Below, piece by piece: positions 1-12,754 of a DNA stretch of 64,000 bases. Each line of letters opens with the position of its first letter. Position 1 is the first letter of the stretch. This DNA is from Chrysomallon squamiferum (taxonomy: Eukaryota > Animalia > Mollusca): contig CM022673.1 in the NCBI GenBank assembly GCA_012295275.1, positions 18,104,001 through 18,168,000 on the forward strand, given 5' to 3'. Below the pieces are notes generated by a model that saw nothing but the letters and a program-made list of their open reading frames with translations, was not told where the DNA came from and searched no databases. Position numbers and translations under genes: made by a program.

Positions 1-129
1 TCTCTGGCACAACCTTTCCTTATACGTTCTCTTTTTCTTTCTTTTTGCATATAAATGCTTATTTTGTATGGTATAAATGATTAATGGTTGTTGTTGTTGT
101 TATTATTATTATTATTATTGTCATTGTTG

Positions 130-164
<35 letters not shown>

Positions 165-258
165 GTTATTGTTGTTGTTGTTGTTGTGTTTGTAATTCTC
201 GTGTCCTGTCTGAAATATTCTGCAGCTTGCCTGGCTTCTGTATTTCTTCTACAACTGC

Positions 259-317
<59 letters not shown>

Positions 318-1195
318 TGATGATGATGATGATGATGATAATAATAATAATAATTATAATAACAACAAAAACAATAACAACAACAACAACAACATATTAC
401 AATACATTACAATACCATATTAACATCACATAGTATATCAAGATAAGTCTACGCAGTACAAAACAAAGAGAAAATAGTCTGATATAATATTTATGAAAAC
501 GGAGTACGCGTACACTAAGAAGAAATGTAATAATAATGAAGCTGTCAAATATCACATTGAAATGTCATTAATTATTGAGAACGTATGACAATGAGAAGTA
601 TTAAATATTAACACGTTATTAATGAACATCACCAGTCTCTTTATGTTGAGCAATACCAGTCTATTATTTCTTTAGTTATTTATTAATGACGTCATTAACA
701 CGATGCACGTATTACCCTGATGGTGCTAAATGCACATGTCTGTGGTCTGAGGTCAAAGTTCACAATTCTCTTATAGTTTGAGCATTGATGAACTTAATGA
801 AAGTTGAAATATTTTTCTTGTTTTCTTTGTTCTATTGGAATTGGTCTATTTGAAATGAGTTAATATTTCTGATGTATTTGTTTCTGTTTATGTATGTATA
901 TGTGTGTGTCCATGTGCATGTGTTTTTATGTGTGCGTGTGTTTCTATATGTGTGTATGCATATATGTATATATGTGTGTGCGTGCGTGTGTGTGTGTGAG
1001 TGTGTTATGTCCGTGCATCCCTTAATCTGTTTGTAAGGTTACATTTTTAGATTGCAATATTTATATATATATATATATATATTTATATTTAATTTTTCAG
1101 TAGTCTGTGAATTTACCAGTAGAATATGTATAACTAATTATATCTGTATAAATTTGGAAATAAACTTTTGTTTATGATATAGGCGTGGTTGAAAA

Positions 1196-1445
1196 ATGAC
1201 TGACAGACGCCAATCAAGTTCTAGCGAAGCCAGTACAAACTCTCAAGTGGTGCCCGCCCATCACAAATGGATGCCGTATGTAGGACCCGTAGTGTTTACA
1301 GGTAGACTGAGTTTTATGTTTCACAACTGAACGTTTTAATGTTGATTTTAGTAAAATAAAAGGAGAATGTTCTTATTAGTTGATGACGAGAATTAATAGT
1401 TTCCAGCATATACACACTTACACACAAATTCAACATATTCATATT

Positions 1446-1503
<58 letters not shown>

Positions 1504-1943
1504 CGGACTACATATATACACATACGCACGCACCTACTAAGATACTTATATAGGCATACATACATTCATATTCACACACATACACCAATCCACACATACA
1601 AACACACACACAGACGTACACACGCACACACACAGACGTACATACGAACACACCCTCCGATTTAATCCACACCTCGCCACCACATCCAGAAAGCTCGTAA
1701 TCCAAACCTCTGACTAATCTACGGTTTATCTCTTCACAGGTCCAAGCGGATTACGTGATTACCGAGCGACGACATTTGACAACTACCAGGCGATAGGAAT
1801 CGGACAGAGATCCCCGGAGTCCACTGGGGGTGTCCTACATCAACAGAACCGCCCCCGGGCAGATGTTTCAGAAAGCGAAAAACGGACAGATTGGTGAAAT
1901 AGGCTGGGAGTACGAGACATTCAGACTCGTGAAGGGAATTTAA
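1196..1943 (+). CDS. C4orf45/SPMIP2-like small protein (DUF4562-like), 2 coding exons, apparent frameshift
   Basis: Exons 1196-1301 (acceptor ag 1181-1182, ATG 1196, donor G|gtag) and 1740-1943 (acceptor ttcacag). Translation MTDRRQ...YVGPVVFTG|PSGLRDYRATTFDNYQAIGIGQRSPESTG, then after a frame change at the G5 run (1826-1830) SYINRTAPGQMFQKAKNGQIGEIGWEYETFRLVKGI*. The FTGP..DY, E.TG..Y..R and GEIGW motifs match my recollection of C4orf45/SPMIP2; not verified by search. Confidence 0.6.
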
Positions 1944-2269
1944 ACTGTGATGTGAAACCGAGAACAGCGTGTTGTCTTTAAATCATTCTTTATTTTTATC
2001 AGCTGCCATCTGTAAATTTGTGTAAATATTAAAGTATTACAAAGCGAGGTAATCAATTGTGTTTTGTGTTAGTGTATATTTTATACATTATTTTAGTCCT
2101 TTTATACTTATTCGCGTAAGGTTGCTGGCTTTAGAAAACTCGGGTAATGTTACCAGTCAAATAGTGAATCAGTTTTCACATTACAAATTTCATACTGCTT
2201 TAGTCAGTAAATGTTAATGTTAAAATATATGATGATTCGGAAAATATAAAACAAATCTATATAAGTGTC

Positions 2270-2400
<131 letters not shown>

Positions 2401-3431
2401 ACAGCACTGTATGTTAGGTAATACAACTTTCAAGGTACACTGTATTTAATTACAGTCGATGCAAAAAAAAAAAAAAAAAAAAAAGGTCGGAGAAATGTAA
2501 AGTCCAAAGGGAGCGGAATCCATGTTCGAATTCATAGATTTGTATGTATAAATAACAAAGTAAATCATCCGTGACCATTGTTTTTTTTATATTAATCGTT
2601 TATCGGCAGATATATAGATTTCATAGATAATTCTATTGCTAAGTGCTTTTATATTAAGTAGTGTTCAATGTACGTATACTTGTCAAATGAGTTGGGGAAC
2701 ACCAGACTTTTAATAAATAGAAAAATAATAAAAAAATGAAAATACACAATGTAATAATAAATGAAATAAATTAATGAATAAATGAATGAATGGATGGATG
2801 GATGGATGAATGAATCATTAAATAAATAAACAAATAAAACACGAAATCAATTTAGATGATTTAAATATTTATTTAATTGTTTGTTTGTTTGTTTATTTAT
2901 TTGTTTATTTATTTATTTTGTCTTCATAATTCACTATTGTTTAATTCATTAGACAGTAGATTAATTGACATACACCAGTATAAGCAGTCAATACTATTAA
3001 AACAAAACATTTTTACTTGATTCCTCATTTACAGACAAGACCACCTCAGTAATGAGATGATAATAATAATGATGATGATAATGATGATGATAATGATGAC
3101 AATAATGATAATAATAATGGTTACGATGAATAACGAGACGACGATGATTATGATAACACTAATAAATAAATAAATAAATAAATAAATAAAAAGTTCAAGG
3201 TAATTCATACTCCCCTAGCACCATTTTCGCTGCATACAAAAACTCTCGGGAATGGTCACGTGACATTTGAAAAATTTAAGTGATTGCTTGGCTGGGCTAA
3301 CTGTTACCATAAAAAGACTGTACACAACACAAAACAAACAAACTTGACCTTAATCTACAATGAAAGTTCTATACGTGCTCTTTAATCCAATCGTACTCAC
3401 ACACACACGCACAATCACTCACATAAACTCG

Positions 3432-3462
<31 letters not shown>

Positions 3463-3463
3463 G

Positions 3464-3518
<55 letters not shown>

Positions 3519-3599
3519 TCACGCTGTATTTAAATCAAACAAAACGGCATAAGTAGGCTCAATACAACCAGCTGGAATAGCTGTATAATAATAATAATC

Positions 3600-3672
<73 letters not shown>

Positions 3673-4587
3673 TGATGATGATGTTGATGATGATGATGAT
3701 GATTATGATAATAATAATGATGATGATGATAAAAGAAAGAAAGAAAAAAGAAAAAAAAACACATTTTATAGATAGATTTTTATTAACTGAAATAATTTTA
3801 AATTTATACACAAATATGTATTGTTCAAAATCATTATCACTGAAGGCAATAACAAAGTATGCATACAATCAATACATGAATGATTTAGTAGAAGAAGAAT
3901 TTCGTTTTCATTTACGCCTAAATGATTACTTATGAGCCAGGTCTGCTCGTGCACATCCGAGCTTGCGTATTGTTTATCAAAATATTTAAAAAAAGAAAGA
4001 AAACAAAACAAAAGATTTAGATATAAATTTTTAAAACGTAAGAAATGACGCTTGAAAATCCACCGTATTACTAAAATTATTAGACAAAGAAGATTTCGCA
4101 TATTAAAAAAGTTATTATTCAAATATCTTAAAAACATTTTATATACAATTACTTTTTTTTTTTTTAGAACATAACGGCTATAATGAATTTTGGATTTAGT
4201 TTGGCAATAATGAAGTTCAATAATAAAAAGAAAAATGAAAAAAAAAAAAAAATAATAGAAATAAAAAGTAAAAAGTAAAAACAATAATAATGATAATTTT
4301 AATATTATAATTATTATCATAATAATAGAGAAAATGATGATGATGATGATGAAAATAATAATAATAATAATAGTAATGATAATGATGATAATTATAATAA
4401 TAATAAAAATAAAAATAAAAAAGGAAAAAGGTAGTCTCGGTGACTTGTCATAATTAGTAATTCAAACTTTATTATTAACAAAGGTTGGAAACATGGCGAC
4501 TCGAGATACTACCAGATGTAATTCTTGTTCATTAAAAGTAAATTAATAATAATAAATCTTTATTTTTAATTTTTTTAAAGTATAATA

Positions 4588-4655
<68 letters not shown>

Positions 4656-5284
4656 GTGATAATGATAATAATGATAATATACCGAAATACAATTAAATTA
4701 AAAGAACAAACGTATTTAAAAATGATCAGTGTTGTGAACTTTAATTTCAATAATTTAACAATTAATGAAGAAAATGATAAAATGAAGTTTTAAGTTTTAT
4801 GTTTGAGTAAGTTTATAAACATGACTGCGGTTCACACGTCACAGCACTATTCAGCTGTCAATCAATAGCTATACAGGTCACGTTATCTAATCACGTGATA
4901 GTCATTGCCACTTCAGTTTATTGTTGTCTGCATTCAAACACTTACCACCAAACACATTATCTTTGTTCAGAATCGTCTATCATTGAGCAAATCTTCGAAA
5001 AACTGTGTTAATAACGACATGAATGTGAAATAGTTTTTTCAGCATCCGTAGAATATAAATGTGTATCTCTTATACATTTCTTATATGTATTTCTGATATA
5101 CAATACTTATATGTATGTCAGTCATAGACTAGTAATGTTAGTGTCTTTACGATGCAGTTCTCTTGTTAATAATATAACTGTAATATCACTGTCTGTAAAT
5201 AAAGCGGCTGTATCACTAACCATATAATTTACTTAAAAATCCAAATAATATTACTTCTGGTCATTATCTAAGTAAGGTCAGCGC

Positions 5285-5400
5285 TATATCGTTATTCATA
5301 TAACATATGTGTTATAGAATTCGTTATACTGTTATTGATATAACATACATGTTATAGAATTTATTATATCATTATTCATATAACACAACTGTTATATAAC
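5285..5400. repeat. 3 x 40 bp tandem repeat, each unit with a TATAACA-N4-TGTTATA inverted repeat
   Basis: Stems at 5299-5316, 5339-5356 and 5379-5396 with loops tatg, taca, caac; 100-220 bp downstream of the zinc-finger stop codon. Confidence 0.85.
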
Positions 5401-5500
5401 TGATCATCAACATCCATGTATTGCCATATAAACATTCACATCCTCTGTTGTAAGGACATGTAACAGTTAAAAACTGTAGTAGGATATCGAGTACGTGGAG

Positions 5501-7270
5501 TCAGTAATGAAGAACGTGTGAGGAGAAGTCGAGGCGGTTGCCACAAACTCGGCCGCACGCGTTGCACTGCCACGGGTCGTTGACGTTGTGTAGTCCCATG
5601 TGCAGCTGGTACAACGTCCGGTCGAGGTAGACAATCTCACAAAACTTACAGTACGACAGATCCTTTCCTTTCAGATTCAGCATCTCAGCGATCCTTTGAT
5701 TGGGGTTTGACGAGCCGCTGCTGTATGATGTCGTGTTGTTGACGACGTCGGATTTGGCGGTACTCTCGGGTACATGTTTCTTCTCCGGTTGTCGCCAAGG
5801 TTTCGGAACAAGTCGGAAGCCGTACGGCAGTTTGCGCATGGGAAATCGCGATTTTCTCATCCTGTTTAAGATGAACGACTGAGGTTCCCGTGAGACAACT
5901 CTCACTGGCGTGACTCCACTCGTCGTTTCTCTTCCGACCACGGCGCAGTCTGTAGACTTCGGTCTGTGTAGTTTGTTTGTCTCGGACGATCCAGCGATAT
6001 GAGTTATCTCCTGAGCATGAAGCATGGCGGCGCCACTGTCTGCCGAAACAGCGCGCTGCTGCGGCGAAACAGCCGCGTTTAACACGCTGGCTTTACTAAC
6101 CCCCTCCTGACTTCTTTCCACAGCAGTCTGACCAGCTGAGACAGCGTTATTGCCATCACTCTGTTTGCATACAGCGGCGACGTCATCATTACTTTTTGAC
6201 ACAGACTGTTTGTGACTGTTTGACGACGTGGTGCTCTTACCTCGCGGTGAATTCAAACTCAGGTCCAAGCCTTGGTCCAACGACGGCGTCGTCGACAAGC
6301 TGTTCGAATCAGGCGAAGCATCAACGTCAAATCTTGTATTTGAACTCGTCAGTAGCTGATTCTGTTGTAACGGGTCAGGGGTCACGTTGTGGACTAGGTA
6401 AGGATCCGGAGAGCTGCCCAGACCCGTCACTGGACTGGAGTAGATGACAGCCCACCTCTGTGGCTTATCCTGCTGAGACGAGTCCTGGGTGTGGTACATG
6501 GCGTGCATGGCCAGCGTGTCTTTGTTGGAGAACACCTCCCCACACTGGTGACAGGCCAGCATCTGACGCGAGTCTGAACAACCACTAATAAACTCTGGCA
6601 TCAACCCTTTGTACTCTGAAAACGCTTTATTGTTTTCCTTTGTTACATCGTTTATGTTATATATTCCTTCGCTGATTTTAACATTTTTATTTACCTGTCC
6701 AGTTGAGATGTCTCCAACTGATGTACGTGATTCAACATCAGTTCCTAACACGTGTGCACGTGCTTTGCAGTTTTCATCTTTTGCTCTCATGAGCATGTGC
6801 ATGGCGTACGTGTCGCGACTTCCAAACACTGTGTGGCAGAGGTCACACTTAAACAACGAGTCCTCGAACCCGTTCTTCCTGCAGTATGAAGATGAAACCT
6901 GACCAACATCAGCAGACGAAATTCTTCTTTTAATCGGGTCAAAGCCCAGTCTGTGTATGACTCCGTGACCACGAAATGCACGAGCAGATTTGAAACGGGC
7001 GTTGCAGATAGTACACTCGTGTTTGAATTCCCCGTCACAGCCATTGGCGGCAAACTGGCTGTCCGGCCTCGTGTCGTCTGACTGGGGTGAGCTCGACTCG
7101 TGCTCACACCGGCTGATAATACTCATCACGTGAAGCATCTCCTCTTGGTTTATAGGCTTGGAGTTGTCTCCCTTTAAAGCAGTCACGTGATCGCTGCTTC
7201 CGTAATCGCCATTTTTGTCCTCCGCGTCAAAACTGTCGAGAGGTTCTTGTTTAATATTAGCCACAGACAT
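5501..7270 (-). CDS. C2H2 zinc-finger protein with C-terminal Ikaros/Hunchback-type dimerisation finger pair; intronless CDS
   Basis: ORF 5501-7285; first ATG at 7270 (MSVANIKQEP). Isolated fingers CTIC..HGVIH, CDLC..HMLMR (second His lost) and CHQC..HAMYH. Terminal pair YCKFCEIVYLDRTLYQLHMGLHNVNDPWQCNACGRVCGNRLDFSSHVLHY is typical of Ikaros/Hunchback/TRPS1 C-termini. Confidence 0.88.
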   Translation of the reverse strand: MSVANIKQEPLDSFDAEDKNGDYGSSDHVTALKGDNSKPINQEEMLHVMSIISRCEHESSSPQSDDTRPDSQFAANGCDGEFKHECTICNARFKSARAFRGHGVIHRLGFDPIKRRISSADVGQVSSSYCRKNGFEDSLFKCDLCHTVFGSRDTYAMHMLMRAKDENCKARAHVLGTDVESRTSVGDISTGQVNKNVKISEGIYNINDVTKENNKAFSEYKGLMPEFISGCSDSRQMLACHQCGEVFSNKDTLAMHAMYHTQDSSQQDKPQRWAVIYSSPVTGLGSSPDPYLVHNVTPDPLQQNQLLTSSNTRFDVDASPDSNSLSTTPSLDQGLDLSLNSPRGKSTTSSNSHKQSVSKSNDDVAAVCKQSDGNNAVSAGQTAVERSQEGVSKASVLNAAVSPQQRAVSADSGAAMLHAQEITHIAGSSETNKLHRPKSTDCAVVGRETTSGVTPVRVVSREPQSFILNRMRKSRFPMRKLPYGFRLVPKPWRQPEKKHVPESTAKSDVVNNTTSYSSGSSNPNQRIAEMLNLKGKDLSYCKFCEIVYLDRTLYQLHMGLHNVNDPWQCNACGRVCGNRLDFSSHVLHY

Positions 7271-8805
7271 TTTACTTCGGTCCACTTTAAACAGTAAAAC
7301 AGCTTACGTAAATAACTTATTCGTTTTAACAGTTATAAACTTTCAGTAAAAATGTACACACGACATGCTCAGAACACAGACAACATACATAATTAAACAC
7401 CTGTACTATTCCTGAACTCCTCGCAAGTTCACCATCGTTTAATCCTGAACCACAGTTTGTTTCGATCATTCCAAGAAAAAAAAAATCCATGCACTTGAAA
7501 TACACGAGTAATTATTCCATATAAAAGAGAGCTGAAGAACAATAACAACAGTCGTATTAAACATTAAGCAAGAGTTCACGTTATTTCCTCGTTTTGAAGA
7601 TTTCGTTTTGGAAATGTCAGAAATTTGACTGTTTGCGGAATGCACGGCCGTGCGACTGGCGCAGTGGACAACGTATCAGAACGGTAAACGGAGGCGATAA
7701 AACAATACTTCGTCATCTTGCTTCTTCATCTATTATTTACACGCGTTCCGGGAGGCTGCTGAATTATTAATGCAGCAGAATATTTAAACAAGCTTGATTC
7801 AGAATTTCGCCTAGAAATTGCCGAGTTTTTGTCAATAATTGATCAGCGCGTCAGACTAAGGTTGGTCACTAAATTGAAAAACGCCAATTTGCCCGAAAGC
7901 TTCAGCTGAAACGCGTTGTCCTGTCTACTCGACTATGACTGCGCTGGGGAGAAATTATATACGCGATATGCTTAATAATTTACGGCGTTATTTCATATGG
8001 AAAATTTAGAACATATGCGAATAATGGAGCGACCTCCGGTAAGCTGCGTTTAACTTGGGCGATGTGTAAACAGAACCAACAATCAATACAATAACAGATT
8101 GGAAAACGCTTTATGCATTGTAGGTGTCGATCGAATTCGCTGAATATTCGATATTTGTCAAGACACACGTTATAAGATATCATTAATATGTAATAAGAAC
8201 TTAGCTTTGAACATCCCCGCAGCGACACATTTCAATACATATTTGATCAGTCGATCGAATTTATTAACTCGCTACATGTAGATTTATTTATATGCGTGTG
8301 TGTTTAGGTATATACATTTTTTATTTATGTGTTTTACGTATCTATGTTTTATGTATGTAGTGTGTTTATGCATTATGTATGATTTTATCTGCATACGTAC
8401 GTTAATGTGCGTGCTTGCATGCATGCATGTTTATATATATATATATATATATAAATATATATAAATGACATTTGTAATGTATTTATAATAATTACACATA
8501 TATATCTAGGTAGTGTCTGGTTACCTGTGATTACATTTGTGTATATTCATTCTAAATAAATTATGCTGAAAACTTATGAAAGTTCTCTAAAATATCGATC
8601 AGTCAGTAGATAAATAAATACTGAACTCCCAGTATTTAACTTCTACTATTACTACAACAGTAACACTAACCACAACTACTACTGATTATATTCTACAGCA
8701 ATAACTACTACAAATAAACAACTAAAATGAAAATAGAATTATTCGTGCAAAAATTATTTGCGAATATTATGTTTTCTTTTAAAATAATTCTGTCTGTATA
8801 TTGCA

Positions 8806-9475
8806 CCTAATCAGTCTCCTGCTGATTAGGAACGGGAAAAACATTTTGCTGAGGAGTCTGAGACGCCATTTTGTGAAAATAATATAAAGCATGAGCTATT
8901 AAAGCAGCCATCTTTAATTTGATAAAGTTTCTCTACACACTATTTTCAGTAGGCTGATGATAATAAATTATTTAAACTGTGAAACAAGAGAAAGGAAAAT
9001 AAATTAGTTGTGCAGCAAATTTTCTACATGTAACAAAAAGTGACATACGGAGACAACGAGGCAGTCGAATATTAATACCGAAATATTAAATATTAATAAC
9101 TTTATGTTAATATTTAATATGACCATATTGTACCAAAGCTTAATAATGAGGAATGTATTAAATATGTATCAGTATTACCGTATTTCACAGGGCGGATCAA
9201 AGGTTTTCACAAAGGGAGGAGGCGCTGTTTAACATGAAAAGTCTGCAGTGATAAACAATCAGCAGGTGTAAGAGAAACGTGCGAAGGGGCGCGCTGCGTG
9301 ATCCGCGCTTGCTTGTTTTTATACAATATTTACTGAACTCGTCTTAATAAACTAATTTTAACTTCAACATTTCTTCTCAACTGAATCAGAAGTGACGTCA
9401 TGATTGAGCGATTTGTCTGAAGTTAATTATCACTCGAGTTAGCAGCACGTTTCAGGGGGAGTTGAGAACGGAAGT
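8806..9475. promoter_or_regulatory. Candidate regulatory region upstream of the zinc-finger gene
   Basis: CCTAATCAG-N7-CTGATTAGG inverted repeat 8806-8830, YY1-like CGCCATTTT 8864-8872, CRE TGACGTCA 9393-9400, ETS-like ACGGAAGT 9468-9475. Motif matches only. Confidence 0.3.
9188..9311. mobile_element. Short degenerate MITE-like element (hAT-like termini)
   Basis: GC-rich island bounded by CAGGGCGGATC (9188-9198) and GATCCGCGCTTG (9300-9311), which are imperfect terminal inverted repeats. No clear TSD. Confidence 0.35.
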
Positions 9476-10370
9476 TTTAAAATTACATTTACGTCCGTTC
9501 TTTACGTTTCAGTTTTACGTTTGTTTAGTTATTTTTAAATGAGAGTTAAAAAGTAAAAATAAGTAAAGTAATAAATAAATAATAATAATGTAATAAAATA
9601 ATATACATAACTAACTAAGTAAGTAAGTAAGTAAGTAAATAAATAACGAAATGAAAGAAGAAATGTAAATAAAAAATGTCTGCCCCTCCCAAGAAAACGG
9701 GACGCCGGAAACAAGGAAAACAAAAGAATAACAAATAGATTAAAATGAAAGAAAAGGAATCTCAAATAATGTTTTATAGTGTCTACATATAACATCTCAG
9801 CATGTAATATTATCATTTAAGAAAAAAAAAAATTTATATATTGTTTATATCAGAGTTTGTGAGTTTTCAGTTTACTTTTGTTTATGAAATCCATAAAAAA
9901 GATATGTATAATTCCTACCATCCTACTTACATACATTGTTACATTCATATATATATATCCATACATGCACCATTATATACATATATACTTACATACATGC
10001 GTTATTACCAATACTTTCAAAAATATATAGATACATACGTACGCACTTAATTATAGACATAAACACCCGTTCATGCTACTACAACTACTACTACCCCTAC
10101 TATTACTTCAACTTTTGCTACTATCATTAAGATTATAGCAGCTGTTGTTATTATTATAATTATAATTGCTATTATTATTATTGTTGCTGTTGTTGTTATA
10201 TAAAGGTAATACTTTAAATAAAGACAAACGTATTTTAAAAATGCAGGAAGTATCAGATGAAAAAGTATATAATTATAATTATAATAAACAAACAGATAAA
10301 TAAATAAATAAATAAATAAATATATCAATAAAAAAGTAGATAAATAAATCCTTGTAGTAATATTGTAGTG

Positions 10371-10546
10371 GTATCCATGGAAACCATTTATTTCTCCTTC
10401 TGTGATTCATAACCTGGGAATTTTCCTAATTACTTTTTTTTCTCTCTTTATTTCTTGGCGTTCTCTGTCAGCGGAAACGCACATGCAGTCTCAGCAACTG
10501 ATAAAAGCAAAAGTAACATACATGTTTGCTACGTAGTCATAGCAAC
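10371..10546. promoter_or_regulatory. RFX X-box motif cluster
   Basis: GTATCCATGGAAAC 10371-10384 and GTAGTCATAGCAAC 10533-10546, plus a half-site AGCAAC near 10493. Confidence 0.4.
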
Positions 10547-12754
10547 AGATCCACACATTTCACGCCTCTCAGTTAAGGTGTACCGTGTAATGTGATGATA
10601 AACATACCAGAAATATCTTATCTGTTGTAACAATTATCTACACTTTTTACTTACCTCCTGTCATATACCACAAAATATATACAATATATAGTACATATAT
10701 ATACATACACATATACATACATAACTACACACGTACAAAAACACATACACATGTGAAGATTGATGCATACATGCATAAGCATATAAACACACAAACATAC
10801 ACATCTACATACATATGCTCTTATACGCACACACACACACACACACACTTATGTACATATAAATATAAATATATGGTTTTTGTGTTTTACTCTCTTTCTG
10901 CCTTTAAAGACATTTCTTGTACACAGAATAACATTCTAAGAACTTTGATAGTCGTAGAATATAACAACAACAGTAATAATAATAATAATAATAATAAAAA
11001 TAGTTAAATGACGATGATGATAATGATAATAATAAAATGCTAATAACAATTAGAATAATGATGAATACGATAACAACGACGACCACGACAACAATAACAA
11101 CAACAACAATAACAATATTAATGAATAAATAAACAAGTACATCAAGTAATATTGATAAACACATTTTTAATATTAACGGGCTGCGTTTTTCAGTGAGGCG
11201 ACTATAATTACTACAGGATTTATGAATAGTTAATGAGTAGTGTCAATACTAATATTGCAATCACTTTCATTTTATGGATGGGAGATATTAGAATAAATAA
11301 ATTCTGCATTTCGATATCACATTATTATTAATGTTAGAGAGAGTTATACTTAATTCACGACTGAGTAAGTTAATCAATATTGTTCGTACGCGGTTGATCT
11401 CCATAATATACAGTGAATATAAATATTTTAAGAATAACGAGAGAAAGTTTGTAGTATCTTGTAACCTGCTCTAGTGGTTAACTACGTATAATAAAGGGAA
11501 AACATCCGATTTCATTGTCGCTAAATTTTCTACTTTTTAAAACAAAGGTTATAATCATTCCAGCACACACATTTTGTTTTAATTTTTCAGAAAAAGTTAT
11601 ATTAATGTTACCACCAATGATTAATAGCCGATTAACACTGTTGTTATGGCTACAATCTTACTTTAATAAAGGAAAGAGAGAGAGAAAAAAGGATGAATAA
11701 TAATAAATACAAAATCAGTGGATGTTTGTTTATAGAAACACTTATGTCAAATATAATTTTATGATTTCTCTATATATATTGATATTTGAAGCTCACTAAC
11801 AAAGGCGATTAACACATTTGTAGTCATTTTCATATAGACTAGTAACAATAAAGGACAGTGTTTCTCAAATCATTCACGGAACTCTAAGTGGAACGGGAAA
11901 TATTCCCGCACACACCCACGTAAAGTTAAGTATTGATTCTATATTTTACCGATTAATATGAAGAGAATTTTTTATATTTTACTTCACATAGACAAGAAAA
12001 ATAAACGTCAGTTTTTCGTAAATCAGTCACAGAACACTGAATGCCAATAAAGACAGACCTGATATTTTGTTATCAGCATATACTTTATTATAAAATATTA
12101 GTTTACATATAAAATCCGTTAGCTCTAAAAACTATCCACTCTTTGTTATTCGTTCTGGGTCGAGTCGATTAGCGTTTGTGTGTAATCATCTATTTTATCT
12201 CTAACACGGGCTTATAAATTAACAACAGCACACACAAATAAACTGTCGCTCTAATGTTTATTTGTTGTGATATTATTAGCAATAATGTGTTGATGAGGCT
12301 AATTTAATAAACGATTTCCCTCGGTTCAGTTCGGTGTGTTTTACAGGAGACTTGTGGCTCAAGTACGCTCATCTGACAGGTAATCCGAACATGTTAACAG
12401 TACATTTAGTGAGAGTCTCATCTTGGTTCTGTCGTTAAAAACACAAGACTAAAATAGAGCTATACACTTAAATACTTAATCACATAAAAATTCACAGGAA
12501 CACAGAGATATACAAACGTACACACATACATACAAGGAAAAGAAAAGAAAAAGAAGCTATATTAATATGTTATGATAATAATAAAAAAAAAAATAAAAGT
12601 AGTAGTAGTAGTAAAAGCAGTGTAGAAGAAATAGAAGTAGTATTAGTAGTAGTAATGATAATACTAATAATTTGTACCTAGATATTGCTTGTTTTCATAG
12701 ACCGTCTCAATACCTTATTGATTGATTTAATCAATCCCTCTCAGTTTCAAGTCT

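Noticed and set aside
4700-5500. Nanos/Pumilio response elements in the zinc-finger 3' UTR (hunchback analogy)
   Set aside because: Only a near-match (AUUGUAUAUC) was seen, with no full NRE, and the gene lacks Hunchback's central fingers.
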